A stretch of 64,000 nucleotides of DNA from Flavobacteriaceae bacterium UBA1682 (GCA_002320285.1 DCKE01000007.1:15606-79605), one strand, 5' to 3'. Counted from the stretch's first letter, positions 37,592 to 47,784 are shown. Program-made: numbers and translations. Notes: generated from the letters alone by a model not told the origin.

Positions 37592-38425
37592 CTAGTCGAG
37601 AAATTCAATCACGCTATAAGACACCTTTTTTATCGGAATTAGGGTGTTTTTTCCTGATATATCTAAACACATATAAATATTATCTATCGAGAGAATCACA
37701 CCTTCGAGTTCATTAATCCTGACCCGCATACCCACCTGTAGGTTTTTACGAGTATAAAAGGAATAGAGTAAAATAGTTACTAATTCTTTGGAACCCAAAC
37801 CAAGAGACAAGGCCATGGTAATAAAAACAGCGGCAATTACAATCGAGATATTATTGGTAATAATATCGGTATGTATACCGGCTTGATTTAAAGCAACGAT
37901 AATAACAAAAAGGAAAAAGACATAAAAGACCAGTTGCCCTATTAACTTGGCTCCACGAAAACCAACCACTGCGAGAAAATTGATCAAAGCTTTTTTTAAC
38001 CAGGAGGCCAGATACAAACCCGAGACCAATATGGATAGCGCGATAAAAAATTGAGGAATTAAAGCAACGAATTTTCCTACTTGCGCAGAAACGACTTCCA
38101 GTCCAAACATATCTGCACCAACTACTATAAAAATCAAAGCAAAGAAAACTTTTATAAATCCATCGATGATCGCATTCAAGTTTAATTTGATTTTAGCCTT
38201 ATTTAAAAACTCATTATCATTAAAATTATTCTGTAATTTTTCAATGCGAGTCCAAACAAATATTTTTTTTGTCAGTAGAGAAATTAATTTAATACAGGCC
38301 CAGCATAACGCAATGTAGACCAGTATAAGTAGTGCTTTTAAAACGCCATTGGTTAAAGTATTAAGCAATGAGCTGATAAATTGTGAAGGGTCATCAATAC
38401 TTAGAGTTTGTGAGAAACTATTCAT
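37592..38425 (-). CDS. Polytopic membrane protein, mechanosensitive-channel-like ('conserved TM helix' repeats plus a short MscS-like beta domain)
   Basis: It has ~5 TM helices and a C-terminal 'LQVGMRVRINELEGVILSIDNIYMCLD..GKNTLIPIKKV', which resembles the MscS beta-domain start. The family assignment is tentative. Confidence 0.5.
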   Translation of the reverse strand: MNSFSQTLSIDDPSQFISSLLNTLTNGVLKALLILVYIALCWACIKLISLLTKKIFVWTRIEKLQNNFNDNEFLNKAKIKLNLNAIIDGFIKVFFALIFIVVGADMFGLEVVSAQVGKFVALIPQFFIALSILVSGLYLASWLKKALINFLAVVGFRGAKLIGQLVFYVFFLFVIIVALNQAGIHTDIITNNISIVIAAVFITMALSLGLGSKELVTILLYSFYTRKNLQVGMRVRINELEGVILSIDNIYMCLDISGKNTLIPIKKVSYSVIEFLD

Positions 38426-38630
38426 TTGTTGTTTTGTTAAAATTATCCGTGTTTGTCCCTTCCTTGTGATTATCTTTAATTAAAGTCGCCATGACATTTG
38501 GCAATTTAATCGCAAACAACTCCGCCACTTCCAGAGACAATTTTATAAGTGCTACATTATCCGTGACCCGCTCTTTAATAATATCGGGTAACTTTTCATC
38601 ATGTAAGATTTTTTTAAAAGGATTTGCCAT
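38418..38630 (-). CDS. Small hypothetical protein (70 aa) translationally coupled between the ECF sigma and membrane-protein genes
   Basis: Its start lies 2 nt after the sigma-factor stop, and its stop overlaps the next gene's start by 8 nt. It has no TM segment and no zinc-finger anti-sigma motif. Confidence 0.45.
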   Translation of the reverse strand: MANPFKKILHDEKLPDIIKERVTDNVALIKLSLEVAELFAIKLPNVMATLIKDNHKEGTNTDNFNKTTNE

Positions 38631-38632
38631 TT

Positions 38633-39211
38633 TTACAACGAATTATAGATTTCCAAAACCCTTTTCTTTGCCCTATGTAATCGCATCTTTACGGCACTTT
38701 CACCGATTCCAACTTGTTCAGCAATGGTTTTTATAGACATATCATCTTGGTACTTCATCAGCAACACTACTTTTTCTTCGGGTTCAGCAATTTTTAGTGC
38801 GCGTTGTAACTTTTCTGCATTCATAGCGAGAATTTCTTCATCCGCGATATCGGTTTCTCCTATGGGTATACTGTAATTGTATTCGTCTATTAAATCTGTT
38901 TCTAGGTTTTTCTTTTTTAAATCGCGGTTATAAAAATTGACACAATGATTGTAAGTAAAAGAAAACAGCCAAGTCGAGAATTTTGAATTCCCTTTAAACG
39001 TGTCTAATTTCACAAATAACTGAATAAATATATCGTGAGTCAAATCTTGAGCCATCGCATCGGATCCAGAGAAACTCCTGCACTTATTGTAAACTAAATT
39101 TGAATATCTGTCGTATAAGATCCCGAAGTATGACGTGTCACCAGTCTTTATGACTAAAGACACTAGTTCTTCATCTTCAATATTAATATGTCCTATCGAA
39201 TCTAACTCCAT
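38633..39211 (-). CDS. RNA polymerase sigma-70 family (ECF-type) sigma factor
   Basis: It has region 2 ('YDRYSNLVYNKC...AQDLTHDIFIQLF...STWLFSFTYNHCVNFYR') and a region 4 HTH ('MSIKTIAEQVGIGESAVKMRLHRAKKR'). Confidence 0.85.
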   Translation of the reverse strand: MELDSIGHINIEDEELVSLVIKTGDTSYFGILYDRYSNLVYNKCRSFSGSDAMAQDLTHDIFIQLFVKLDTFKGNSKFSTWLFSFTYNHCVNFYNRDLKKKNLETDLIDEYNYSIPIGETDIADEEILAMNAEKLQRALKIAEPEEKVVLLMKYQDDMSIKTIAEQVGIGESAVKMRLHRAKKRVLEIYNSL

Positions 39212-39312
39212 AACTACGTTATCTAATGGTCAAATAGAATTTAGACACCAGTTTTAAGTAAAAGTCACACATCACAACAATTTTAACATCAATCTAAACT
39301 AAACTGCCCGTA

Positions 39313-40035
39313 TTAATTCCTTTGGGTTAAGGGATAATGGTGGAAATAAATTTCCGGTTGTTGCATGATTTCATTTAAAACCAGAATATAATTACTCGAT
39401 TCGTCCTCTGAAGTATCAAATAATAAAGCACGTCCTTTTAGATAACCGATGAAATATTGACACCAGTTGGAATAATTAAGCTCCGCAACTGCGTAGGCTC
39501 TTTTAAGGTAGTTCACAGATTCTTCTTCTGTAAGCCAACCGATGGTAAAAGCGTATCGGATAATTAAGCCAGCTCTCTCAATATCCCAGCTTGCTATATT
39601 AGTGATCTTAGCATACGATTCTTGATTAAAAGAATACCCACAATCAAAAAACCTCGTTTCACATTTTTTATCGATGAAATGATACAACTTACCCTGTTCT
39701 GCCAGTAGGATCGATGCAACGGGATATTTGGGGTGTGACTTCTGTTGAATCAAGACCGACTCGGCAGCATCTTTAAAATTATGAACACTGGGAAGATTTA
39801 AAAGACTCTCAATAAGTTGTTTGGCATTTCTAGGACTGACCACACACCAAGCTTGATTTAATATATTTTCAATCTTTGTAGGATCCAAACGCGACCTCAA
39901 AGTACTGCTGTCGCTTTTATAATTGGCTTCAATTAAAAAACTACCAATAATCAATAAATGTTCAGGTACCGTAGTTAGTCTATATTTGCGATAGAAATCA
40001 TCTTTCCATCCTGAAGTTTCTGAAGAATATTCCAT
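39313..40035 (-). CDS. Hypothetical cytoplasmic protein, possibly of the DUF1266 family
   Basis: 'ASWDIERAGLIIRYAFTIGWLTEEES' resembles the W-D-x-x-R core I recall for DUF1266. It has no signal peptide. Confidence 0.4.
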   Translation of the reverse strand: MEYSSETSGWKDDFYRKYRLTTVPEHLLIIGSFLIEANYKSDSSTLRSRLDPTKIENILNQAWCVVSPRNAKQLIESLLNLPSVHNFKDAAESVLIQQKSHPKYPVASILLAEQGKLYHFIDKKCETRFFDCGYSFNQESYAKITNIASWDIERAGLIIRYAFTIGWLTEEESVNYLKRAYAVAELNYSNWCQYFIGYLKGRALLFDTSEDESSNYILVLNEIMQQPEIYFHHYPLTQRN

Positions 40036-40167
40036 AATATTATATTTTTACGATTGCACAACCTAGTAAATATAATGTATTCTAAGGAGTTAGACAAAAA
40101 ACACATCGATTTTCCACCCGTTATAACAGTTAAAATTTTAATATCCGTTGGATTTCCTCAGCAGATT

Positions 40168-40755
40168 TTAGCGCAAAGACATCATTTTAGAAACATACTT
40201 GCCGATGACATCAAATTCCAAATTTACTAAACTCCCTACTTGGTAAGTACCGAACAAAGTATGCGCCAGAGTATATGGTATAATAGCTACTTTAAAAGTA
40301 TTTCGACCTGAATCCACTACGGTCAAACTGGTACCATCTACTGTTATTGATCCTTTCTCAATGGTTAAATTCGCAAGTTTCTCATCGTATTCAAAACCAA
40401 AATAGGTACTGCCTTCTGAATCTTCTATCGACACACAGCGCGCCGTTTGATCAACATGTCCTTGAACCAAATGCCCATCGAGTCGCGCTCCTAAAATCAT
40501 CGCCCGTTCTAAATTGACCCGGTCTCCTACTTTCCAATTTCCGATAGCCGTTTTCGCTATAGTCTCTTTAATCGCTGTCACCGTATACGATGAATCGGTC
40601 AAATCCACTACGGTTAAACAAATTCCATTATGACTAACGCTCTGATCAATTTTTAATTCCCCCGCCATGCTAGCCGTGATGGTAAGATGTAAATTCTCTC
40701 CCTCTTTGATGATTTTTTCGACGATCCCGAAGGATTCCACAATTCCTGTAAACAT
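40168..40755 (-). CDS. ribE: Riboflavin synthase (alpha chain)
   Basis: It has the 'MFTGIVE..G.V' N-terminus and duplicated 'G.S...NG.CLTV / GSITVDGTSLTV' lumazine-binding repeats. I used the ATG at 40755. Confidence 0.9.
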   Translation of the reverse strand: MFTGIVESFGIVEKIIKEGENLHLTITASMAGELKIDQSVSHNGICLTVVDLTDSSYTVTAIKETIAKTAIGNWKVGDRVNLERAMILGARLDGHLVQGHVDQTARCVSIEDSEGSTYFGFEYDEKLANLTIEKGSITVDGTSLTVVDSGRNTFKVAIIPYTLAHTLFGTYQVGSLVNLEFDVIGKYVSKMMSLR

Positions 40756-40773
40756 AACTCGATTTATTTTCAT

Positions 40774-40781
40774 TAAATTTG
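40774..40781 (+). promoter_or_regulatory. Candidate -7 box TAAATTTG
   Basis: A TAnnTTTG match lies 33 nt upstream of the pdxA ATG at 40814. Confidence 0.35.
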
Positions 40782-40813
40782 CTTACAAAATTAGCAATAA
40801 ATTACAGCTTATT

Positions 40814-41878
40814 ATGAACCATCAAGAAGAAAACATAAAGCTTGGCATTTCAATCGGAGACATGAACGGAATCGGAAGCGAGATCATCCTTAAAACTTTC
40901 GAAGACAACCGCATGCTCGAATTGTGTACCCCAATAATTTTTGCCAATTCAAAGCCTTTCTCTTTTGTAAAGAAAATACTAGGCAACCATGCTGCCATAC
41001 ACGGAATAGACCATCTAGACCAAGCGATCAAAGGAAAAATCAACGTATTAAACCTCTGGAAAGAGACGGTCAACGTAAGTTTTGGCACCAACGACCCGCT
41101 GATCGGAAAATACGCTATCAGATCATTTACCGAAGCTACAGCTGCACTGAAAGCGGATTTAATTGATGTTTTGGTGACCGCACCAATCAACAAGTACAAC
41201 ATTCAGGATGATGACTTCAAACACCCGGGTCATACCGACTACCTCAATCAAGAGCTGGAAGGCGATGCGATGATGTTGATGGTTAGCGACTCCTTGCGCA
41301 TCGGTTTATTAACCGATCACCTGCCACTAAAAGATGTCGCTAAAGAAATAACTGCCGAACTAATTACGCGTAAAGTAAAAACACTGAATAAGTGTTTAAA
41401 AGAAGATTTCAACATTTTAAAACCGCGTATCGCCCTTTTGGGATTAAACCCACACAGTGGAGATAACGGCGTTATCGGGCAGGAAGAACTAAAAACAATC
41501 AACCCGACTGTAAAAAAACTATTTGCAGAAGGTATTTTAATAACTGGTCCCTTTGCGGCTGACAGTTTCTTTGGTTCCAATCAATACGAAAAATTTGATG
41601 CTATCCTCGCTTGTTACCACGACCAAGGACTAACTCCTTTTAAAACACTGTCGTTTGGAACTGGAGTAAATTACACTGCAGGACTTAATAAAATACGCAC
41701 CTCGCCAGATCACGGAACGGCGTATGAAATAGCTGGAAAAGGCTTGGCCGATCCCAGCTCATTCAGAGAAGCGATATATTTAGCTATAGATGTTTTTAAG
41801 AACCGAAAAATCAATGCAGAACTCATTAAAGAGCCGTTAGTTACGCGACAAAAAGATTTTACATCAAAAAAATATTGA
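40814..41878 (+). CDS. pdxA: 4-hydroxythreonine-4-phosphate dehydrogenase
   Basis: It carries the PdxA motifs 'GDMNGIGSEI', 'TAPINK', 'GHTDYL', 'NPHSGDNG' and 'YHDQGL..FK'. The longer ORF from 40667 overlaps ribE on the antisense strand, so I rejected it. Confidence 0.9.
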   Translation: MNHQEENIKLGISIGDMNGIGSEIILKTFEDNRMLELCTPIIFANSKPFSFVKKILGNHAAIHGIDHLDQAIKGKINVLNLWKETVNVSFGTNDPLIGKYAIRSFTEATAALKADLIDVLVTAPINKYNIQDDDFKHPGHTDYLNQELEGDAMMLMVSDSLRIGLLTDHLPLKDVAKEITAELITRKVKTLNKCLKEDFNILKPRIALLGLNPHSGDNGVIGQEELKTINPTVKKLFAEGILITGPFAADSFFGSNQYEKFDAILACYHDQGLTPFKTLSFGTGVNYTAGLNKIRTSPDHGTAYEIAGKGLADPSSFREAIYLAIDVFKNRKINAELIKEPLVTRQKDFTSKKY

Positions 41879-41906
41879 TAACCTGCTTGTAATTATAATT
41901 ATTTTA

Positions 41907-41914
41907 TATCTTTG
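41907..41914 (+). promoter_or_regulatory. Candidate -7 box TATCTTTG
   Basis: A TAnnTTTG match lies 21 nt upstream of the ATG at 41935. Confidence 0.4.
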
Positions 41915-41934
41915 CACGCTCAAATCATGTTCTC

Positions 41935-42492
41935 ATGAGTAATGAAAAACAATTCTTAATTCCTTTTATAGGGCTAAAATTAGGAAAACACCAGTTTGAA
42001 AATCAAATAGATAAATCGTTCTTTGAACTTTATAATTTTGATGATTTCAACGATATTAAAGCAGACGTTGTCGTTCTTTTAAATAAAAAAAGTACACATC
42101 TTGAGTTTTCCTTCTCATTTGAAGGTCATGTAAATGTTCCATGTGACGTTACAGCTCAGGATTTTGATATGCCCTTGAAAGGAAAACTAGAGATCATTGT
42201 TAAGTTTGGCGACAAATTTAATGAGGATCACGACAAATACATTGTCATTCCTTTTAATGAACACAAAATTGATGTGGCTCAATATGTTTATGAAATGATT
42301 GCCTTATCTATTCCGCACAAAAGGGTTCACCCTGGAGTTTTAGACGGGAGTTTAGATTCTGAAGCTTTAGACTATTTAGGTTACAGCAAGGAAAAAGAGG
42401 AAGAAGAAGAGAACGAAGAAATTGAAAGTAACAAAGATAATGATACTGATCCTCGATGGGATCAATTAAAAAAACTATTAACGGATAAATAA
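41935..42492 (+). CDS. yceD: DUF177/YceD family protein (large-subunit rRNA accumulation protein)
   Basis: It sits in the conserved position immediately upstream of rpmF and has an acidic C-terminal tail. The size fits. Confidence 0.75.
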   Translation: MSNEKQFLIPFIGLKLGKHQFENQIDKSFFELYNFDDFNDIKADVVVLLNKKSTHLEFSFSFEGHVNVPCDVTAQDFDMPLKGKLEIIVKFGDKFNEDHDKYIVIPFNEHKIDVAQYVYEMIALSIPHKRVHPGVLDGSLDSEALDYLGYSKEKEEEEENEEIESNKDNDTDPRWDQLKKLLTDK

Positions 42493-42501
42493 TACAGTAA
42501 G

Positions 42502-42696
42502 ATGGCACATCCTAAGAGAAAAACCTCGAAAACAAGAAGAGATAAAAGAAGAACGCATTATAAAGCGGTTGCTCCTCAAATTGCTACATGTCCAATCACC
42601 GGTGAAGCTCACCTTTACCACAGAGCTTACTGGCATGAAGGAAAATTATATTACAGAGGGCAAGTTGTCGTAGACAAAGCCGTAGCTGTAGCATAA
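42502..42696 (+). CDS. rpmF: 50S ribosomal protein L32
   Basis: '[19 protein letters not shown]' is the L32 N-terminal signature. Confidence 0.95.
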   Translation: MAHPKRKTSKTRRDKRRTHYKAVAPQIATCPITGEAHLYHRAYWHEGKLYYRGQVVVDKAVAVA

Positions 42697-42715
42697 TTAT
42701 CAAGAAAAATAAGGG

Positions 42716-42747
42716 AAAACTCTCACAATGTGTGAGAGTTTTTTTTG
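42716..42747 (+). terminator. Rho-independent terminator after rpmF
   Basis: CTCTCACA-ATG-TGTGAGAG is followed by T8. Confidence 0.75.
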
Positions 42748-42855
42748 TTATTTAAAATCGCGATTTCATTCCGAACTGAAAATAACAGTTGCTTTCATTT
42801 TTTTTTTGTAATTTCCACCACTTTTTGGAATGTTTTTAATACAAAGCACCCCCAT

Positions 42856-43851
42856 ATGACAAAAATAAACGCTGCCATTACCGCCGTAGGATGCTATTTA
42901 CCAGAATACGTACTAACCAACAAAGAGTTAGAGAAAATGGTTGATACCAACGACGAATGGATCACAACAAGAACTGGAATAAAAGAAAGAAGAATTCTCA
43001 AAGGAGAAGGAAAAGGCTCTTCTTATATGGCTATCAAAGCCTCTGAAAACCTAATCGAAAAAAGGGGTCTTGATCCTAAGGAAATCGATTTGGTTATTGT
43101 AGCTACGGCTACTGCAGACATGCCCGTTGCAAGCACTGCTGTTTTTGTGGCGACTCAAATTGGCGCTACTAATGCTTTTGCTTTTGACCTTCAAGCGGCT
43201 TGTTCAAGTTTCTTATACGGGATGTCGGTTGCCTCTGCGTATATCGAATCCGGCAAATACAAAAAAGTATTACTTATCGGAAGCGACAAAATGTCTTCTA
43301 TCATTGACTATACCGACCGCGCCACCTGCATCATTTTTGGTGACGCAGCAGGCGCTGTTCTTTTTGAGCCAAACCATGAGGGTTATGGACTTCAAGATGA
43401 AATACTAAAAAGCGATGGTGTTGGAAGGGATTATCTAAAAATCGAAGCTGGTGGTTCCATACTACCCGCCTCAGCAGAAACCGTTGCCAACAAACAACAC
43501 TACGTTTTCCAAGACGGAAAAACCGTTTTCAAATATGCCGTTTCCAACATGGCTGACGTCAGCGAGAAAATCATGCAACGCAACAATCTAACTCATAACG
43601 ACGTTAACTGGTTAGCAGCTCATCAGGCGAATAAACGCATCATTGACGCTACAGCACATCGAATGAATTTAGACGAATCCAAAGTACTAATCAACATAGA
43701 AAAATACGGAAACACCACTTCCGCTACACTTCCACTATTACTTTGTGATTTCGAGAGTCAATTAAAAAAAGGTGACAACATCATATTCGCCTCATTTGGC
43801 GGAGGATTTACTTGGGGTGCGATTTACCTCAAGTGGGCATATAACAAATAA
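42856..43851 (+). CDS. fabH: Beta-ketoacyl-ACP synthase III
   Basis: It has the FabH catalytic Cys/His/Asn context ('AFDLQAACSSFLYG', 'HQAN.RII', 'GNTTSATLPL'). I chose the ATG at 42856 (MTKINAAITAVG). Confidence 0.92.
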   Translation: MTKINAAITAVGCYLPEYVLTNKELEKMVDTNDEWITTRTGIKERRILKGEGKGSSYMAIKASENLIEKRGLDPKEIDLVIVATATADMPVASTAVFVATQIGATNAFAFDLQAACSSFLYGMSVASAYIESGKYKKVLLIGSDKMSSIIDYTDRATCIIFGDAAGAVLFEPNHEGYGLQDEILKSDGVGRDYLKIEAGGSILPASAETVANKQHYVFQDGKTVFKYAVSNMADVSEKIMQRNNLTHNDVNWLAAHQANKRIIDATAHRMNLDESKVLINIEKYGNTTSATLPLLLCDFESQLKKGDNIIFASFGGGFTWGAIYLKWAYNK

Positions 43852-43874
43852 AACAACTAACCAATACCAAAAGT

Positions 43875-44375
43875 ATGGACATTAAAGAAATTCAAAACTT
43901 AATTAAATTCGTAGCAAAGTCAGGTGCTACTGAAGTAAAATTAGAAATGGATGATTTTAAAATCACCATCAAAACCACAGACGCTGGAAGCACAGAAACA
44001 ACTTATATCCAACAAGTTCCCGTTAACTCTGCACTTCCTCAAGCTGCTGCCGCTCAACCTACAGCACCAACAGCACCAACGAACGAGTTAGCCGCTGCTA
44101 CTGAGGCCACAAAAGTTGCTGATCAAGATTCTAAATACATCACTGTAAAATCACCTATTATCGGTACATTCTACAGAAAGCCATCACCAGACAAACCCGC
44201 GTTTGCAGAAGTTGGAACTACCATCAAAACGGGAGATGTTGTTTGTGTAATTGAGGCTATGAAACTTTTCAATGAGATCGAATCAGAAGTTTCAGGAAAA
44301 ATCGTTAAAGTATTAGTTGATGACGCTTCACCAGTTGAATTCGACCAACCTTTATTCTTAGTTGATCCATCTTAA
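43875..44375 (+). CDS. accB: Acetyl-CoA carboxylase biotin carboxyl carrier protein
   Basis: It has the 'CVIEAMKLFNEIE' biotinyl-lysine motif and an Ala/Pro-rich linker. Confidence 0.93.
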   Translation: MDIKEIQNLIKFVAKSGATEVKLEMDDFKITIKTTDAGSTETTYIQQVPVNSALPQAAAAQPTAPTAPTNELAAATEATKVADQDSKYITVKSPIIGTFYRKPSPDKPAFAEVGTTIKTGDVVCVIEAMKLFNEIESEVSGKIVKVLVDDASPVEFDQPLFLVDPS

Positions 44376-44446
44376 GAAATTTAAATCATTTCTAAAAACC
44401 TTTAGAACAAGGATTTAACCCCAAGTAAAATTTAAAATTTCAAAAG

Positions 44447-45796
44447 ATGTTTAAAAAAATATTAATCGCAAACCGAGGTGAAATTGCTCTAAGAATCATT
44501 AGAACATGTCGCGAGATGGGCATCAAAACGGTAGCCGTATACTCGACTGCAGATGCCGAAAGTTTACACGTAAGATTTGCTGATGAAGCTGTTTGTATCG
44601 GCCCACCACCAAGCAACTTATCGTATTTAAAAATATCAAACATTATTGCAGCGGCAGAAATCACCAATGCAGATGCTATTCACCCTGGGTACGGATTTCT
44701 TTCTGAAAACGCTAAGTTTTCAAGAATCTGTGAAGAACATGGAATCAAATTCATTGGAGCTTCACCAGACATGATAGACAAAATGGGAGATAAATCAAGT
44801 GCAAAAGCTACCATGAAATTAGCAGGTGTACCTACGGTACCCGGGTCTGATGGAATTATCGAAAGCTTAGAAGACGCTAGAATTATAGCCAAAGAGACGG
44901 GTTATCCAGTTATGATCAAAGCCACTGCAGGTGGTGGAGGAAAAGGGATGCGCGCGATCTGGAAAGAAGAAGACCTTCAAAAAGGATGGGAAGATGCTCG
45001 TCAAGAAGCCCTTGCGGCCTTTGGAAACGACGGTATGTATATGGAAAAACTGATTGAAGAGCCAAGACATATCGAAATCCAAATCATCGGAGATTCTTAC
45101 GGAAAGGCTTGTCACTTATCAGAACGTGACTGCTCCATCCAAAGAAGACATCAGAAATTAACCGAAGAAACTCCTTCTCCATTTATGACCGATGAACTTC
45201 GTGACAAAATGGGAGAAGCCGCAGTTAAAGCTGCTGAATTCATCAAATATGAAGGTGCCGGTACTATAGAATTTTTGGTAGACAAACACCGCAATTTCTA
45301 CTTTATGGAAATGAACACTCGTATCCAAGTAGAACACCCTATTACCGAACAAGTCATTGATTACGATTTAATTCGCGAACAAATACTCGTTGCAGCAGGA
45401 GTACCTATTTCAGGAAAGAACTACCTTCCGCAATTGCATTCCATCGAATGCAGAATCAACGCAGAAGATCCTTATAATGGTTTTAGACCTTCACCAGGCA
45501 AAATCACTACCCTACATGCACCAGGAGGTCACGGAGTACGTTTAGACACTCACGTTTACTCGGGTTACACCATTCCACCAAATTACGACTCTATGATCGC
45601 TAAATTAATCACCACGGCTCAAACCAGAGAAGAGGCGATTAACAAAATGAAACGCGCTCTAGACGAATTTGTAATCGAAGGAATTAAAACAACCATACCC
45701 TTCCACAGACAATTAATGGACGATCCAAACTATGTTGCTGGTAACTATACCACCGCATTTATGGAAGACTTCACGATGAAGGCACCACAAGAATAA
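44447..45796 (+). CDS. accC: Acetyl-CoA carboxylase biotin carboxylase subunit
   Basis: It has '[23 protein letters not shown]', the ATP-grasp 'GGGGKGMR' and '[14 protein letters not shown]' motifs. Confidence 0.96.
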   Translation: MFKKILIANRGEIALRIIRTCREMGIKTVAVYSTADAESLHVRFADEAVCIGPPPSNLSYLKISNIIAAAEITNADAIHPGYGFLSENAKFSRICEEHGIKFIGASPDMIDKMGDKSSAKATMKLAGVPTVPGSDGIIESLEDARIIAKETGYPVMIKATAGGGGKGMRAIWKEEDLQKGWEDARQEALAAFGNDGMYMEKLIEEPRHIEIQIIGDSYGKACHLSERDCSIQRRHQKLTEETPSPFMTDELRDKMGEAAVKAAEFIKYEGAGTIEFLVDKHRNFYFMEMNTRIQVEHPITEQVIDYDLIREQILVAAGVPISGKNYLPQLHSIECRINAEDPYNGFRPSPGKITTLHAPGGHGVRLDTHVYSGYTIPPNYDSMIAKLITTAQTREEAINKMKRALDEFVIEGIKTTIPFHRQLMDDPNYVAGNYTTAFMEDFTMKAPQE

Positions 45797-45800
45797 ACCA

Positions 45801-45827
45801 AAAACCGCTATTACAGCGGTTTTTTTT
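45801..45827 (+). terminator. Rho-independent terminator after accC
   Basis: ACCGCT-ATTAC-AGCGGT is followed by T7. Confidence 0.75.
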
Positions 45828-45896
45828 AGCTCTAAAATCACCTTAAAAAAAACTTACATTTTTAAGCTGAAAAATTGTAGATGTCGATAATTATAA

Positions 45897-45904
45897 TATC
45901 TTTG
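45897..45904 (+). promoter_or_regulatory. Candidate -7 box TATCTTTG
   Basis: A TAnnTTTG match lies 28 nt upstream of the csp ATG at 45932. Confidence 0.35.
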
Positions 45905-45931
45905 AGCATTATTAATATTTTTTTTTTTAAA

Positions 45932-46132
45932 ATGCGAACAGGCAAAGTTAAATTCTTCAACGAAGAAAAGGGTTACGGATTCATCACAGACGATCAAACA
46001 GGAAATGATATTTTTGTACATGCTACTGGATTAAACGGAAGTGAACTTCAAGAAGGTTTCCGCGTTTCTTATGTTGAAGAAGAAGGAAGAAAAGGCAAAG
46101 TAGCCGCACAAGTAGAGGTAATAGAAGATTAA
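45932..46132 (+). CDS. cspA: Cold-shock domain protein
   Basis: 'GKVKFFNEEKGYGFI...DIFVH' carries the RNP1/RNP2 cold-shock motifs. Confidence 0.9.
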   Translation: MRTGKVKFFNEEKGYGFITDDQTGNDIFVHATGLNGSELQEGFRVSYVEEEGRKGKVAAQVEVIED

Positions 46133-46158
46133 TTATATATTATTTTCCATTGGCTTAT

Positions 46159-46190
46159 AAACCGTTCTTACTTTAAGAGCGGTTTTTTTT
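46159..46190 (+). terminator. Rho-independent terminator after csp
   Basis: AACCGTTCTTA pairs with TAAGAGCGGTT (one G-U pair) and is followed by T8. Confidence 0.75.
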
Positions 46191-46297
46191 GTTCCTATAG
46201 CACTCTATTTATAATTAGTCTAATTATTTATTAGCCCTCCTCACCTAGAAAAGGAGAAGTGTATCTCTATATAATTTGATATAATCTCCCTTCAGAG

Positions 46298-46305
46298 TAT
46301 ATTTG
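46298..46305 (+). promoter_or_regulatory. Candidate -7 box TATATTTG for the nuo operon
   Basis: A TAnnTTTG match lies 18 nt upstream of the first nuoA ATG. Confidence 0.4.
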
Positions 46306-46322
46306 TGTAATTTATATTAAAA

Positions 46323-46697
46323 ATGTTTTTTATGCAATCAACCCAATTAGATTTTATACCGATTTTAATGCAGCTTGGCTTAGCAGCTGGTTTCGTTGTA
46401 TTAACTGTATACATATCAGGTCTATTAGGGCCTAAAAGGAAATCTCAGAATAAGGACATCAATTTTGAGTGTGGAATCGAATCGGTAGGAAATGCGAGAA
46501 TTCCCTTTAATGTAAAATACTTCCTTGTCGCCATACTTTTTGTATTGTTTGATGTTGAAGTAATCTTTTTGTACCCATGGGCTGTCAATTTTCAAGAAAT
46601 GGGCTGGGAAGGTTTTTGGAAAATGGGCATATTTATGTTCCTTTTGATCATTGGTCTTCTATATGAATTTAAGAAAAAAGGTCTCGAATGGGACTAA
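46323..46697 (+). CDS. nuoA: NADH-quinone oxidoreductase subunit A
   Basis: It is a small 3-TM protein with an 'FECGIE' motif and is the first gene of the nuo operon. An alternative ATG lies at 46332. Confidence 0.9.
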   Translation: MFFMQSTQLDFIPILMQLGLAAGFVVLTVYISGLLGPKRKSQNKDINFECGIESVGNARIPFNVKYFLVAILFVLFDVEVIFLYPWAVNFQEMGWEGFWKMGIFMFLLIIGLLYEFKKKGLEWD

Positions 46698-46709
46698 AAC
46701 AGGCAAGTT

Positions 46710-47261
46710 ATGGACGATAAATCTAAATATAAAATGGCCGATGCACCGGATGGATATTCTGGAGAAGGATTTTTTGCTACTAAACTAGATACGGTTGTTG
46801 GATTGGCTAGAGCCAATTCGATGTGGCCACTTCCCTTTGCTACTTCATGTTGTGGTATTGAGTTTATGGCTACTATGGCTGCGCATTATGACGTGGCTCG
46901 TTTTGGTTCGGAACGTATGAGTTTCTCGCCTCGACAAGCAGATATGTTATTAGTCATGGGAACCATTGCTAAAAAAATGGCTCCGATCTTAAGACAGGTT
47001 TACGAACAAATGGCAGAACCAAAATGGGTCATTGCCGTTGGAGCTTGTGCCTCTTCCGGAGGAATTTTTGACACTTATTCGGTATTGCAAGGTATCGACA
47101 AGGTAATCCCTGTTGACGTTTATGTACCTGGATGCCCTCCAAGACCAGAACAAATTTTAGATGGAATTTTGAAATTACAAGATATCGTAAAATCAGAATC
47201 CGTTAGAAGAAGAAGTTCGGAAGAATATACCGATTTATTAAATTCTTATAAAATCAAATAA
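46710..47261 (+). CDS. nuoB: NADH-quinone oxidoreductase subunit B
   Basis: It has the N2 cluster cysteines 'SCCGIEFMA', 'GACASSGG' and 'PGCPP'. Confidence 0.95.
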   Translation: MDDKSKYKMADAPDGYSGEGFFATKLDTVVGLARANSMWPLPFATSCCGIEFMATMAAHYDVARFGSERMSFSPRQADMLLVMGTIAKKMAPILRQVYEQMAEPKWVIAVGACASSGGIFDTYSVLQGIDKVIPVDVYVPGCPPRPEQILDGILKLQDIVKSESVRRRSSEEYTDLLNSYKIK

Positions 47262-47262
47262 A

Positions 47263-47784
47263 ATGGCTTTAGAGACTGCTGTTATTCAAAATATGTTGAT
47301 TGAAAACTTCGGACTATCGGTTACTGATTTTTTTCAGCAACACGATATTTTTACCTTCGAGGTTGCACCGGAAGCCTTGCATGAAGTAGTTGCCTTTTTA
47401 AAAGATAACGAGACTTTACGCTTCAACTTCTTAACCGACGTTTGTGGAATTCACTATCCAGACTATACCGAAGACAGGCAATTGGCTGTCGTTTATCATA
47501 TGCACAACTGGCTTGACAATGTTCGAATCAGGATCAAGACCTATTTAAGCATCAAAAAACCAGAAGTAAACACGGTATCTGACCTATTTCTAAGTGCCAA
47601 TTGGCAAGAAAGAGAAACCTACGATTTCTACGGTATTATATTTAAAAACCATCCACAGTTAAAGCGTATTTTAAACATGGATGAAATGGTTTCTTTTCCA
47701 TTGAGAAAAGAATATCCTTTAGAAGACGGAGGAAGAACCGACAAAGACGATCGTTTCTTCGGAAGAACTGTACACAACTGTTAA
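47263..47784 (+). CDS. nuoC: NADH-quinone oxidoreductase subunit C
   Basis: It has the 30-kDa subunit motif 'ANWQERETYDFYGI.F..HP'. Confidence 0.93.
   Translation: MALETAVIQNMLIENFGLSVTDFFQQHDIFTFEVAPEALHEVVAFLKDNETLRFNFLTDVCGIHYPDYTEDRQLAVVYHMHNWLDNVRIRIKTYLSIKKPEVNTVSDLFLSANWQERETYDFYGIIFKNHPQLKRILNMDEMVSFPLRKEYPLEDGGRTDKDDRFFGRTVHNC

Noticed and set aside
40667-40813. An N-terminal extension of the pdxA ORF overlaps ribE on the antisense strand.
   Set aside because: The extension has no similarity to PdxA. It overlaps the 5' end of ribE, and a TAAATTTG -7 box (40774-40781) sits inside it. The true start is the ATG at 40814 (MNHQEENIKLGISIGD...).
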